In this document: positions 24,302 to 35,919 of the stretch, piece after piece
Layout: the number at the start of each line of letters is the position of its first letter
Position numbering within the stretch: the stretch's first letter is position 1
Assembly (NCBI RefSeq): GCF_006345805.1
Contig: NC_042999.1
Location: forward strand, 46,872,001 to 46,936,000
Source: Octopus sinensis
Lineage: Eukaryota
Direction of reading: 5' to 3'
Length of the DNA stretch: 64,000 nt
Notes under the pieces: model-generated
Told to the model about the DNA's origin: nothing
The model's input: the letters and a program-made list of their open reading frames with translations, nothing else
Databases searched by the model: none
Translations under genes and position numbers: made by a program

Positions 24302-25225
24302 TGTGTGTGTGTACGTGTGTGTCTAAGTGTGCATATATATGTGTATGAGTACGTGTGTGAATGCACGCGTGTGTGTATGGGAATTTAAACTTAAGTCGGA
24401 ACATTAGAAAACTAAATTTTAGAATAACTCAGATTCTATCTACATTCCTTCCACACTCTTTATATGCCTAAAAGTGAACCACATCTTCCGCAATACATCA
24501 ACAATATAGAGGAAGTGTTTTTACATACATTTTGATTTCTCTCACAGCTAGGCTTTTCAAAATTGATTTTGAATTCAGTCCATCTATATGTGTGTGTGTT
24601 TGTGTGTATGCTTGTTTGTTTGTGTGTGAGTGTGTTTATGTCCGTGTATGCATGTGCGTGCGTGTGCGTATGTGTGTATGTGCGTGTGTGTTTGTGTAAA
24701 AGTTTGACGCACAAAACAGCTTGAAACAGATTGACTGAAATGAATGTCAATGGTCAATACCACGAAGCCATAGCATATTCGCATAGACACACACATAAAC
24801 ACACATATATTATGCATAAATGGCAATGTACGTATATGTGTGTTTGTGTCGATCTGTCTGTTATCATCTTGCAGCCTGCACCAGTGAACCAATTTTGACG
24901 AAACTTTGCATAAATGTTAAACTAACATCCAGGAACGGAAAGAAAGGTGTGTGTGAGGAATACGTATTTTAAAGGAGAGAGTGGGTAAGTGGCTTTTCTG
25001 CTGTCCATTTCAAATAAAGACTCACACATAGACACACACATACATTCATATATATATATACGTATATACATACATATGCTTACTATATACAATTTTAAAC
25101 TCGTGACTACCTGTGTGTACACTTGTAAATGTGTGTGAGTTTGTTTTAGCGTGTGTGTTTGTATGTGTGACATCGTATAACTGTCTGTCTCTCTACTTTT
25201 CTAGGATCATCAGTGTTGCTGTCAC

Positions 25226-26517
25226 ATGCGAAATTTTAAAATTAAGTCAAATTTTAAAGATAGGACAACATTATACACAAGAGGAAGGAAGTTCGCTACC
25301 GTAGGAGTACGTTTTGAAAAAGAGGAAGAAGCTAAAAGACACGCTACTATAGCAGTGAGAACAACTAGATGGATACTTCTACCTACCTATTGCGGAAAAC
25401 GAGCTGCGAAAGTGGGAATAGGAAAAGTACCACCGGAGATGAATATAGAAAGGCTGGTAGCAGCCATAATATACAATTGTAAAGAAGAAGTTGATATCCT
25501 CAAAGTTCAAAAATCAACAGATATTAACTGGTGGGGGTTATAGTATAGAGGCCCTGATACACATAACCCTGCCGGATTTACACAGAATTTCAGAGGAGTT
25601 GGTACTCCCCGATGAAACCCGATTGAGTGTCTTGTTGGAGGGGTGACCGCCAATATGTTACAAATGTAAAAGTAGAGGACACATGCAAGCAAAGTATTCC
25701 TTAAGAGAAGTGCAGGTGGAAGAGATGGAGATGTGCAGCGACGGAGCGAGAGAGGTTGAAGAAGAAAAAAGGAAGAAAACGAGGAAGAGAAAAAGGAAGA
25801 AGAAATAATGGTAGAAAGAAAGAGAACGAGGGTGGAGTCACCACCAAAAAGCCCTGAGAAAAGAAAAGCAGGTAAAGAAGAAAAAAAGACGTCAGTAAGT
25901 GAAAAAGAAAGTGCAGAGATTCGAACTCAGGAACTGAAGACAATAACAATGTGTGAAGAATGTAAAGCTAAAAAAGCGAAATTCGATGAATAGAGGAGGA
26001 GAGTGGCAAAGAGATAGGATTATGTAAAGCGAACAGGACGACCTTCGGGACAGAATTTAAGAACATTGATATTCTACGATAAGAATATGGAAATAGAGAA
26101 ACGGTTAACTAAACAAAAGGTTTGATAACATTAAAATTGGAACAGGACATGTTTGAATCAAGTAATAGAGCAGTATTAGTGAAAATAGAGAAAATGGAAA
26201 AACTAGTAGAGACATTCAAAGGCAGGATTAAAGCATGTAATATACATGTTCGTTATGAATATTTGGCCAGCGTGATTGGGCTGGAGGACGTAATAGAACA
26301 TATAACAGATGAATAAACAAAATGATTTCAAACTGTATTACAAACTGTATAAAAGAACTGTAAAATGGAACCGCGAGCTTCTCCATTACAAATAATTCAT
26401 TTCATAATTCATTATTTGTTATGTGTACCCTAAATTTTGTGTTGTATGTATTTGTAATGTCCATTCTTTGTTTCAGGCCTTTTGCCTATAATAAAGAGAT
26501 AAACTCGTGATTGTCAC
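25226..26517 (+). mobile_element. 5'-truncated ORF1-only (gag-like, zinc-knuckle) non-LTR retroelement, copy 1, pseudogenised
   Basis: TTLYTRGRKFATVGVRFEKEEEAKRHA...WILLPTYCGKRAAKVGIGKVPP, then a frameshift, LEG*PPICYKCKSRGHMQAKY (CCHC knuckle with the last C->Y), a Lys/Glu-rich linker, and a C-terminal domain ending at 26316. 3' UTR with aataaa; no ORF2. Confidence 0.75.
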
Positions 26518-28367
26518 TAACGGGTGTCGGTTGTAATTTCTTCGATGTGTGTTCAAATCGTTACACATTGATATTGTATGTTTGTTGTAGGTTTCCCCGC
26601 GCGACTGGACCAAGATTCGTTGGACTGAGTCAATTATTGAATTTCAGTCACTGGTTCGGTTGCCCCTGTATAATCCCCGTCTATGGGAGGAGTGAAGAAA
26701 GATGGATAATAGACAAAGTTGCGCAGCGGCAACGACACAAGGAATAAATACCAACAACCAGGAATTGCAAGAAATAGAAATGGACACAAGAAAGAGGAAG
26801 GAAAGAAGAAAATTTGTAAAAAAAAGGAGGGAACTAGTCTAAAGCTGACTCTCCCAGAAGAACTGATGAAAAGCATAGAAAAGAGGACGGCAGTACACAG
26901 AATGTTATGTACGTCCTCGAACAAGATAGAGGTAGCCCCAACAGAAGAAATAGAGGAATGCCTAGAAAATGTAAAAACAATTACCACGTTCTATACTCGT
27001 GGAAAGAAGTATGGCTCAGTGGAAGTAAGGTTTGGCAACGAAGAAGATGCCATAAACCACGCCACGGAGCCGTTACGGACAACTAAATGGATACTTCTTC
27101 CGACGTACTGTGGCAAACGCGCAACCAGAGTGAGAGTTGGAAGAGTACCCCGCCAAAATCGAGGAAGAATGGCTGGTAGCAGCCATTATGCACGATATGA
27201 AGGATGGAGTAGAGATCCTCAAGATGAAGAGGACCCGAAAGTCCAATTGGTGGGGATATAGCCTCGAAGTGACCATGCAGGTATCTTTGGAAGACTTGCA
27301 TAGTATAACGGAGGAAATAATACTCCCGGAAGACAGCAGACTTCGAATAACAATAGAAGGAAGACCATCAACCTGCTTCCTATACGGCAAAAAGGGGCAC
27401 ATGAAAGCAAGATGTCCCGAGAAGGAAAACGAAGAGAAGAAATGTGAACAAAAAAATTCCGAAGTGGTACCAACGAAAGAGACAAACAGAGTGGTGGAAC
27501 CCTTCACAGTAGTAAACACGAGGAAGAGAAAGGTACAGATGAATTCTCCCCCAGTTAGTCAAAAAAGGTTAAAGGAGATTGTGATGGAAGAAAAGAGAAA
27601 TAGGTGTGAAGCACCAACAGAAGCAGTGGTGAAAGAAGGCACACAAGAAAAAACAGCATTACAACAGGGATAAAAAGGAAGCGTTCATAAAATTGGTTGT
27701 GATGTTTCTGCACGCCCGAACAGAACAGGACGGGAGCCGAAGCAAGCAGAAGTGAAAAGGAAGAGATACAAGTGGTATTTGGTCACTTATTACAAGAGTA
27801 AAGAATTAGAGAAAACGATTGTAAAATGTAAATCGGTAATAAGAGTAAAGCTGCCGACAAGAACATACCCGGAACACACTAAAGGAATAGTCATATATAA
27901 AGAGAGATATTTGAAATTAAGGGAGATGTAAGAACTTTTCATAGACCCGCTGGGGGTGGAAGTCGAGTTTGACGAGCTCCCATCGGTCGTAGAATTAGAA
28001 GATTTGAAACCATTTATGAACATTTAAAAATAAGTAAAATTTGTACTTCATAAAAACAAATAGAGGAAAATAGACTGCTAAAATGTATAAAGAAAAAAGA
28101 AAAAACGATACAAAAAAAACAAAAGACTAAAACAAAGAACAAATTAAAAAAAGAAAAAAGAAAATAGACTGTAAGAACGTTTAATTTAAAAAAAAGTAAT
28201 CGCGGTTTCATCTCGGAGCAGGACCGAGAAAGCCGTCTCATATTCATTATAATTTAATTCATTGTAATTCATTCTTTCATGTCTTTTTTGTTCCCGCATG
28301 TTTGTGTATGTCCTCTCTGTATTCAGGCCTTGTGCCTATAATAAAGAGAAAAACTCATGATTGTCAC
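26518..28367 (+). mobile_element. Near full-length ORF1-only non-LTR retroelement, copy 2, pseudogenised
   Basis: ATG at 26683; ITTFYTRGKKYGSVEVRFGNEEDAINHA...WILLPTYCGKRATRVRVGRVP; frameshift near 27148; ITIEGRPSTCFLYGKKGHMKARC; C-terminal domain to TAA at 28025-28027; same 3' end as copy 1; no RT or endonuclease. Confidence 0.8.
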
Positions 28368-28409
28368 ACGCTGATGCTGAGTCAATACCCAGAAACTAGA
28401 GTCCGTGTG
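28365..28409 (+). ncRNA. Type-I hammerhead-like motif, probably decayed (A9->C)
   Basis: cacacg CUGAUGC UGAG-ucaaua-CCCA GAA AC-uaga-GU C cgugug. Perfect 6-bp stem I, GUC triplet, one core substitution and one stem II mismatch. Followed by a ~160-bp tail running into (TA)n at ~28572. Confidence 0.6.
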
Positions 28410-28569
28410 TATCATAGGTTGAAGACGGGAAGAATGGCTTCCCTTTGCAAATACTGATAGAGCACAGAAAGTGTGTCAACAGCTAGCTGGAGAAGGTGCC
28501 CTCCAGGGGCTACAAGCTACAGAAGCATCCACCTTTAGGGGTTAGCCATATTTAAGTGGCAAAATACTT

Positions 28570-28635
<66 letters not shown>

Positions 28636-29785
28636 GTATATATATGTATATTCTATCTTCCGTCTTTAATTTAATATATATTATATATATATATATACAC
28701 ATATGCATTCATGCATACATGCACACTTTTAACAGTCTGTGTGCGCACATTCTGTTTATTGCTCCGTCACACCGTGGGAAGATGTGTTATCTGTCTTCTC
28801 CAGCCACATTCTATATCGACGCAATTTTGATTATTTTTAAAATAGAAAATAATGATACACAGCAATGCTTCTTGTAGTAATTTTATTTTCCTGGTCCCCA
28901 AATGACTAGCATGACATACGGATGCCCTATAGTTGGAATGATATTTTTTTTATTTTTCTTCGGTTCCATAAAATTATAGATTGTTTTTCTAATAGCATTT
29001 CTTTGTGTCTTTGTCGCATTGTTTCAAGATGTCTCTTATGTCTTCGAGGCCATTCTATTCTCTAAAAAATTGAACATTATGTTAAAAATAATAATATCAT
29101 AAAAGCTAATGCTCAGGATGGGGACGGTTGGTAATGGCTTCTATCATTACTGCAAAGAGTTACAACACTACGTACACAAATCTCAGGTTCACATGTCTCC
29201 AGCGGACATTATCTGGAATGGAAACCCGTTCAGATTTAACTTTCTCTTACGCATGTCAACTTCCAAAAATGGGACATAGAGGAAGCTCTTGCTTAGCAAT
29301 TAAACTAGCCATCAATATTCAAATATATACCAAATAACCAGAACCACTGGACTTCTCTGCAGAGTACCAAGAAATTAAAATCTTAACTAAAATGATTAGG
29401 GCTGTGGATTAGCAGCGCCGATTGAGCGTTATATTAATTGATATCCCTTCTGGGTTTAAATATATTTAAACAGAGTCATATATTGTTATTGGTATGGTAG
29501 AATACTTTCCCCTTAGCTGTTTGGCTACGTGTTTATGTTGAATACTATTATTAACGTTTACCCTTGGTTATGCAAAAAATCAACTTAAGGATTGAGTACA
29601 TTACAAGTTGTCCAGTGGGATTTCGTTACATCCGCATACTTTTCATTTCATTTTCTTTGATTAATAATATACTTATTGTAGTAAAGCAACTTTCAAATAC
29701 GTCATACCTTGAGATATATCTCTAGATATTGAATGACCATCTAATATTGCCTCAGTAAGCAGATAATTCGAAAAGATTTTCCAAT

Positions 29786-30160
29786 GGTGGCTGAATAGTA
29801 AACATTTTGCTCCCCAGTGACATGGTTCTGGGTTCTGCCCTGCTGCATGGCACATTGGGCAAGTGCGTTTTACTATAGCTTCGGGCTGATTTACGCCTTG
29901 TGAGTGGATTTGGTAAAGAGAAAACGAAAGAAATCCGTCGCATATATATGCGTGCATGCATGCGTATCGCGTCTGTTTGTCCTGAACAACCGGTGTTGCT
30001 GTTCACGTCCCCGTAACGTAGCCATTTCGTTAAAAGGGAAGATAGAGTAAGTGCCACGCTTGAAATAAAATGAATACTGGGGTCTATTCATTCAACTAAA
30101 ATCATGGTAGTATTCCACAATGGCCGCAACCCAAGGACTGAAATAAATAAATCGAATAAT
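29786..30160 (+). mobile_element. SINE family B, diverged
   Basis: tRNA-like head, ttgggcaagtg CORE-like box, gccttgtgagtggatttggta body. Confidence 0.75.
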
Positions 30161-30237
30161 AGCGTCTACATCAATAGTACGATAATTATGTCATAAATCA
30201 AGGACACAATATTGTATAGAAACCGTAGACATTAATA

Positions 30238-31418
30238 TTAGGTTAACTCTCATGAATTGTCGTATTTGAAAGGTAACAATAAATTGTTTCAGAAGTGTTA
30301 GAGAACCGATTTATTTAATCAAAGTATGATCCATATTCATCTATGAAGTTTATCCAACCTTCCTCTATGTCATCTTTAAAAAAAATCATCTTTTGCTATG
30401 ATAAACTGTCCGAATGCTTCAATTACCTCTTCTCTATTTAAGAATGTTTCATTGATTATGAAAAGGTCAAAATACTTAAATAAGTGATGATTAGTAGGAG
30501 AGACAGCAAGGGAATAGGGAGCATGTTGCAAAATCTCATAATTCAGGCTTTGCAACTTTTGGACCGTAGCTTGAGGAGTTTGAGGAAATGCATTTTCGAG
30601 ACGCAAAATTGGGTCCTCTCTATTCACTATTCTGAATTGCTTCTCATGCATACAATAATTTCTATGGCAATAAGATGTTGCTGTTGCCATTTCTTCTTGT
30701 TGCAAAAATGAATAATAAATAATGAATAACTCCCTTTGCAAACCACCATAGAGTGACTACCAATTTTATAGGGTGCAATGGTGGGTGTGGATAGTGTTTA
30801 GGCGACTCTCCTGCCTCTAATCACTGCCCTGTTCTCCTGCTGTTGTGAAAGAGTATCCATTTCTGGTCACAAGTAATGATTTGATGCAAAAATGTTCTTT
30901 TTCCAATCGAGAAAGTAATAAGGAGCGCACTTCGAGGCATATGTGATTTTGAATCTCGTTTGTAGAACAAACCTGTTTTGTTGACTTTTCAAATTTTTTA
31001 CAGGTGTCCAATAACAGTTGAGCGAGATGTTTGGAGTTTTGAGGAAAGTTTTCGAACCTTGGTTCTCGGATTTTGTTAAACCAAAGCATTTAATCGATCA
31101 TGCCGAATAACTGATTTTGGCGTACTCCTTGGTATATTTTCAAGGCTATCATTTCCTGAATGAGAGCTTTGGAACCATCTCTGAACAGTTCTGATGTCAA
31201 CAAAACCATATTCCGTAGAGCTTCTGCGGCAGAGTGACCCAGTTTGTACACAAAGGAGAAATTACTCAACATAGTTTGATTGTTATCATTTTCATAAGGT
31301 ATGTGGGTACGAATTTTGTACACCCATATTGTTGGGAAAGAAAATGAGTCAAGATTAAATGCAAGATATACATAATTGAGTTTTTAAATGACTGAACATT
31401 TCATGTGAAACAACCTAA
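30238..31418 (-). mobile_element. Degenerate mariner (Tc1/mariner) transposon
   Basis: TA-flanked imperfect TIRs (ttaggtt...catgaa.tg). Fragments KLGHSAAEALRN (HTH), LEVRSLLLSRLEKEHF, VNREDPILRLEN and EILQHAPYSLAVSPTNHHLF (HPPYSPDLSP motif) lie in three broken ORFs. Confidence 0.9.
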
Positions 31419-31694
31419 TACGATGCATCTAAACCTTGTAATGATCACCGGTGATCCATTCAGCGAATCTGACAAGACAACAAAATTGCTTTAAAGTAAG
31501 GATTTCTCTTCAGAAGAAAATGCTTCAGCCTTCTATAGTTATCCTTAAAAGTTCAAGAAAGCGCCATTTGTAATACTGTTTCTACGTTTGTACAGTAGCA
31601 GTACTGCGCATAGAAATGACCTGGACCACTTCCAAATGTGTTCACATAATTCCTTTACATGATGTCGTTAACCAACACCTTCAAACTCACTATC

Positions 31695-32021
31695 GTATGA
31701 CATGGTCCCCAGTGCTTCACTGGTACATAATTTATCAACCCCGAAACGATTAAAGGCAAAGTCGACCTCGGCCGAACTTGAACTCAGAACGTAGCGACGC
31801 GGAAAATACCGCTAAGCAATTTGTCCATTGTGCTAATGATTCTGCCAGTTCACCAATAGTAGTAGTAGTAGTTGTAGAAGTAGTAGAGGTAGTAGTAATA
31901 GCAATAATAATATTAATAATGATAATAATAATAATAACATAATAATAATAATAACTGCCCTAGGTGTATGGAAAACACTCGGCGAGAAACGGAAAAAAAT
32001 TTGAAGAAAGAAGGAAAAAAC

Positions 32022-32066
<45 letters not shown>

Positions 32067-32676
32067 TCTTTCTACTAAAGCGCAAAACCTGAAATTTTTG
32101 GGGAGGGGATGAGTCGATTAAATTGACTCCAGTACTTAGATTATCGACGCTGAAAGGATGAAAGGCCAAGTCAACCTCGGTCGAATTTGAACCCAGAGCA
32201 ACAGGAGAAACACCACTAAGCATCTCATCCAGAGTATTAACCATTCTGCCAACTCGCCAGTAGTAATAATTATAATCCTCTCTACTATAGGCACAAGGCC
32301 TGAAATTTTGTGGGAGGGAACTAGTTGATTACATTGACCCCAGTGCGTAACTGGTACCTATTTAAATCGACCCTGAAAGAATGAAAGGCAAAGTCGACCT
32401 CGGCGGAATTTGAACTCAGAACGTAGCGGCAGACGAAATACCTATTTCTTTATTACCCAAAAGGGGCTAAACACGGAGGGGACAAACAAGGACAGACAAG
32501 CGGATTAAGTCGATTATATCGACCTCAGTGCGTAAACGGTACTTAATTTATCGACACCGAAAGGATGAAAGGCAAAGTCGACGTCGGCGGAATTTGAACT
32601 CACAACGTAACGACAGACGAAATACGGCTACGCATTTCGTCCGGCGTGCTAACGTTTCTGCCAGCTCGCCGCCTTA
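31695..32676 (-). mobile_element. Cluster of at least four SINE family A copies with interspersed (TAG)/(TAA) repeats
   Basis: Repeated gaaaggcaaagtcgacctcggcggaatttgaactcagaacgta motifs at ~31750, ~32160, ~32380 and ~32565. Confidence 0.85.
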
Positions 32677-33133
32677 ACCGCTTCCTTAATAATGATAATA
32701 ATAACAATTGTTGTTATTGTAGTAGTAGTTAGCATTATTAATATCATTATCGTCAAGAGTATAATTAATTATTCAGTATACTCAGCAGTTGAATTATAAA
32801 GTATAATTCGATCGCTAAATATATTGAAGATTGTAGCATTAAATAAAAAAAAATTAATTCTTATCTTGATTTTGATATTTCTTACGGAAATTAATTCTTA
32901 CTCACCAAATTTATATATTGCACAAATCAAGTTAAATATAGTAGACAACTGTTAAATAGTATTTTCATAATTAGAAGCAAAATATATTCAGCAAAGGAAA
33001 TTATGCTTAATTAAAGGTAATCGCATAATAAAATAATTAGTGTATCCACTGAATCCAGTTAATTACACCTATATATACGTATGCGTGTGTCTATCTGTCT
33101 GACAGTTAGTCTATCTATAAAAATTAATTATAC

Positions 33134-33178
<45 letters not shown>

Positions 33179-33214
33179 AACACATACACACACACATATA
33201 TATATATATATACA

Positions 33215-33421
33215 TACTCTTTTACTTGTATCAGTCATTTGATTGCGGTTATGCTGGAGCATCGCCTTTTAGTCGAGCAAATCGACCCCAGGACTTATTC
33301 TTTGTAAGCCTAGTACTTATTTTAAGTTACGGGGTACGGAAACACACCATCATCGGTTGCCAAGCGATGTTGGGAGGACAAACACAGACTCAAGAACACA
33401 CACACACACACACACACACAT

Positions 33422-33472
<51 letters not shown>

Positions 33473-33636
33473 CGACGGGCTTCTTTCAGTTTCCGTCTAC
33501 CATATCCACTCACAATGCTTTGGTCGACCCGAGGCTATAGTAAGAGATACTTGCCCAAGGTGTCACGCAGTGGGACTGAACCCGGAACTATGTGGTTCGT
33601 AAGCAAGCTACTTACCACACAGCCACTCTTACGCCT
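33215..33636 (-). mobile_element. SINE family B
   Basis: Colinear with 14450-14868. Confidence 0.85.
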
Positions 33637-34049
33637 ATACATATATGCTAGCATGTATGTGTATATGATTATACACCTGTTTGTTCATGATATTTTATAT
33701 ATGTACGTGTGTGGATACATTCTTATAACATATCCTGTGTATACAGACAAAAATGCCAAATTCATGCATGAGCACACGAATACACGCATAACGACTAGCA
33801 CATACCAGCTCATAAAGATGCGACGGAAAGGTAATACGCGACATAATTCTGAATGCAATTAGGCAAATATTTTCATATATATATATATGTATATAACTAA
33901 AATACAGCAATATATCTATCCAGCAAAATAAAGCACCGTATAGGTAGAATTATAGATATGAAATATCGGTGAACGGAGTACACTTATTTGATGGAAATAG
34001 CAGTCGATATCCTTTCGGCGATAGGTGAAGCTTCACTGAATGTATAAGG

Positions 34050-34351
34050 CAGAGCATCCCAAAACTTTTCGGATTACCACTCCTTTGATACCCAGGCCAC
34101 ATTCCTAGTGCCCTACCCCAACTGAAGCATGACAAACATAGACCTATTTCTGAAGTAAATTCAAAGCAACTGTATTTAACAAATAAACCTTAACTGAATG
34201 AACCCACTATTTTGTTGTTTTCCATGAATTGATACCCTCGACACGTTTTACATAATTTTTTACCTCATTATCGCCTCACTTTTCTTCACTGACCCATTGA
34301 ACTTTCCATTTCTCCTAGGGGAAGCAATACCGCCTACTTTGGGAACCACTG
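34050..34351. mobile_element. hAT-type MITE with imperfect 8-bp TSD
   Basis: Ends cagagcatcccaaa / tttgggaaccactg; flanks gtataagg (34042-34049) and gtatagag (34352-34359). Confidence 0.7.
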
Positions 34352-34653
34352 GTATAGAGGGAGAACGCTAGAGTAGTAGACAACCTTATGCTCGAGTTTC
34401 GAACTTTGCAGACAACGTGCATTAACGTAAATCTGTTTGGTGTTCTACATTTAGGTCTACCATAAATAACTAAATTTGAAATATCGTACGACGTCAATGT
34501 CTTTTCATCCAGCCGATAGTACCAGCCATGATAAAAACTGAGATCAGTGAAGAAGTTTTATATAACAATGTATAATCATTATTAAGATACAATAACATCT
34601 TCATCCCGCAAAATAAAACATTGTATATGAAGAATTATAAATATGAAGTAGTG

Positions 34654-34833
34654 GTACACGAAGTGCCATTATTTGCTGGATATAGCAGTCGATAACCGTT
34701 CGGTGCTAAGTAATGCTTCAGTGAATGTATAGAGGCATTTCGTCCGTCTTTACGTTTTCAGTTCAGTGAAGTTTTACCTAGCGCTCAAAGGTTATCGACT
34801 GATATTTCCAGCAAATAATTGCACTTTGTGTAC
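34654..34833. mobile_element. 180-bp MITE with ~44-bp inverted arms
   Basis: gtacacgaagtgccattatttgctggatatagcagtcgataacc versus ggttatcgactgatatttccagcaaataattgcactttgtgtac. Confidence 0.75.
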
Positions 34834-34995
34834 GATTACTTCATATCTATATATATTAGTGTGTGTGTGTGCGCTTCCACGCAAATAGGAACATGTACAT
34901 ATGCATATCTTTATGCGCACACATAAGAATTTATGTCATTACAGTCATATATATAGAGAGAAATGCACATATGTATATATATATAGAGAGAGAGA

Positions 34996-35044
<49 letters not shown>

Positions 35045-35277
35045 TATATATATTGTCTATCAAGACAGACGGGGAAGATATATATATATATATATATATA
35101 ATAATGATAAATATTAGGGAATGAATCCAAAATTACAGGGAAAAATCAGATTTAGGGTTAAATCCAATTTATAGTAAAATATTATATAATATAATTCGAG
35201 ACAAAACCACTATTTTAAAACCAAACAAGGAAAGACTTAATCAATACATAAAATTTTAATATAAATTAAATAAACCG

Positions 35278-35320
35278 CCACTACAAATGTTTCATGTCTG
35301 CTCCGACAATCTTCAGGTGG
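35278..35320 (-). ncRNA. Type-I minimal hammerhead ribozyme
   Basis: Minus strand: ccac CUGAAGA U-UGUC-ggagca-GACA-U GAA AC-auuu-GU A gugg. 4-bp stem I, canonical core, GUA triplet. Confidence 0.75.
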
Positions 35321-35919
35321 ATTTTCGATCTAAAAATAGCAATATTTTAAAATATAATTTAAAATAATTTAAAATAATAAAACAATAAAATTATCAATGA
35401 AAGAATGTAAAAAAATAAAAATATAATCTATATATAATCTATATATAATCAATATATAATCTAAAATAATCTAAAATAAACCCTATAAACAATTGAATAT
35501 AAAAACCTATTATAAAAGTTCTCATATTTAAAAATGTACAAAAACCAAAAAACAACAAGCAAAAAACAAAAACCAAAAGCTAAAAACAAAAAACAAAAAA
35601 CAAAAAACAAAAAATAAACTATATATACACATACATGCTCATACACTCAACACATTACTTATTCATACTTCCTCACACACACATACAACACTCAATTCAT
35701 AAACAATATACATATACCCGCTCACACATACATATACATACACATACATACAGAACACGATATATACCAATATATAAACACCCACACCCATACAGATAAA
35801 TAAATTACGCAAACAATCACACACACACACACACACACACACACATTTTCACACAGACATAAACACTCAAAAGAAAACCGAACAATTCTTAGCACGTGGA
35901 TATCAAACATTTAAAAAAA

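Noticed and set aside
25180-25225. Minus-strand CUGAUGA-UCCUA-GAAA next to the gag-element junction
   Set aside because: Stem II is only 1 bp, and no stem I or III partner can be found.
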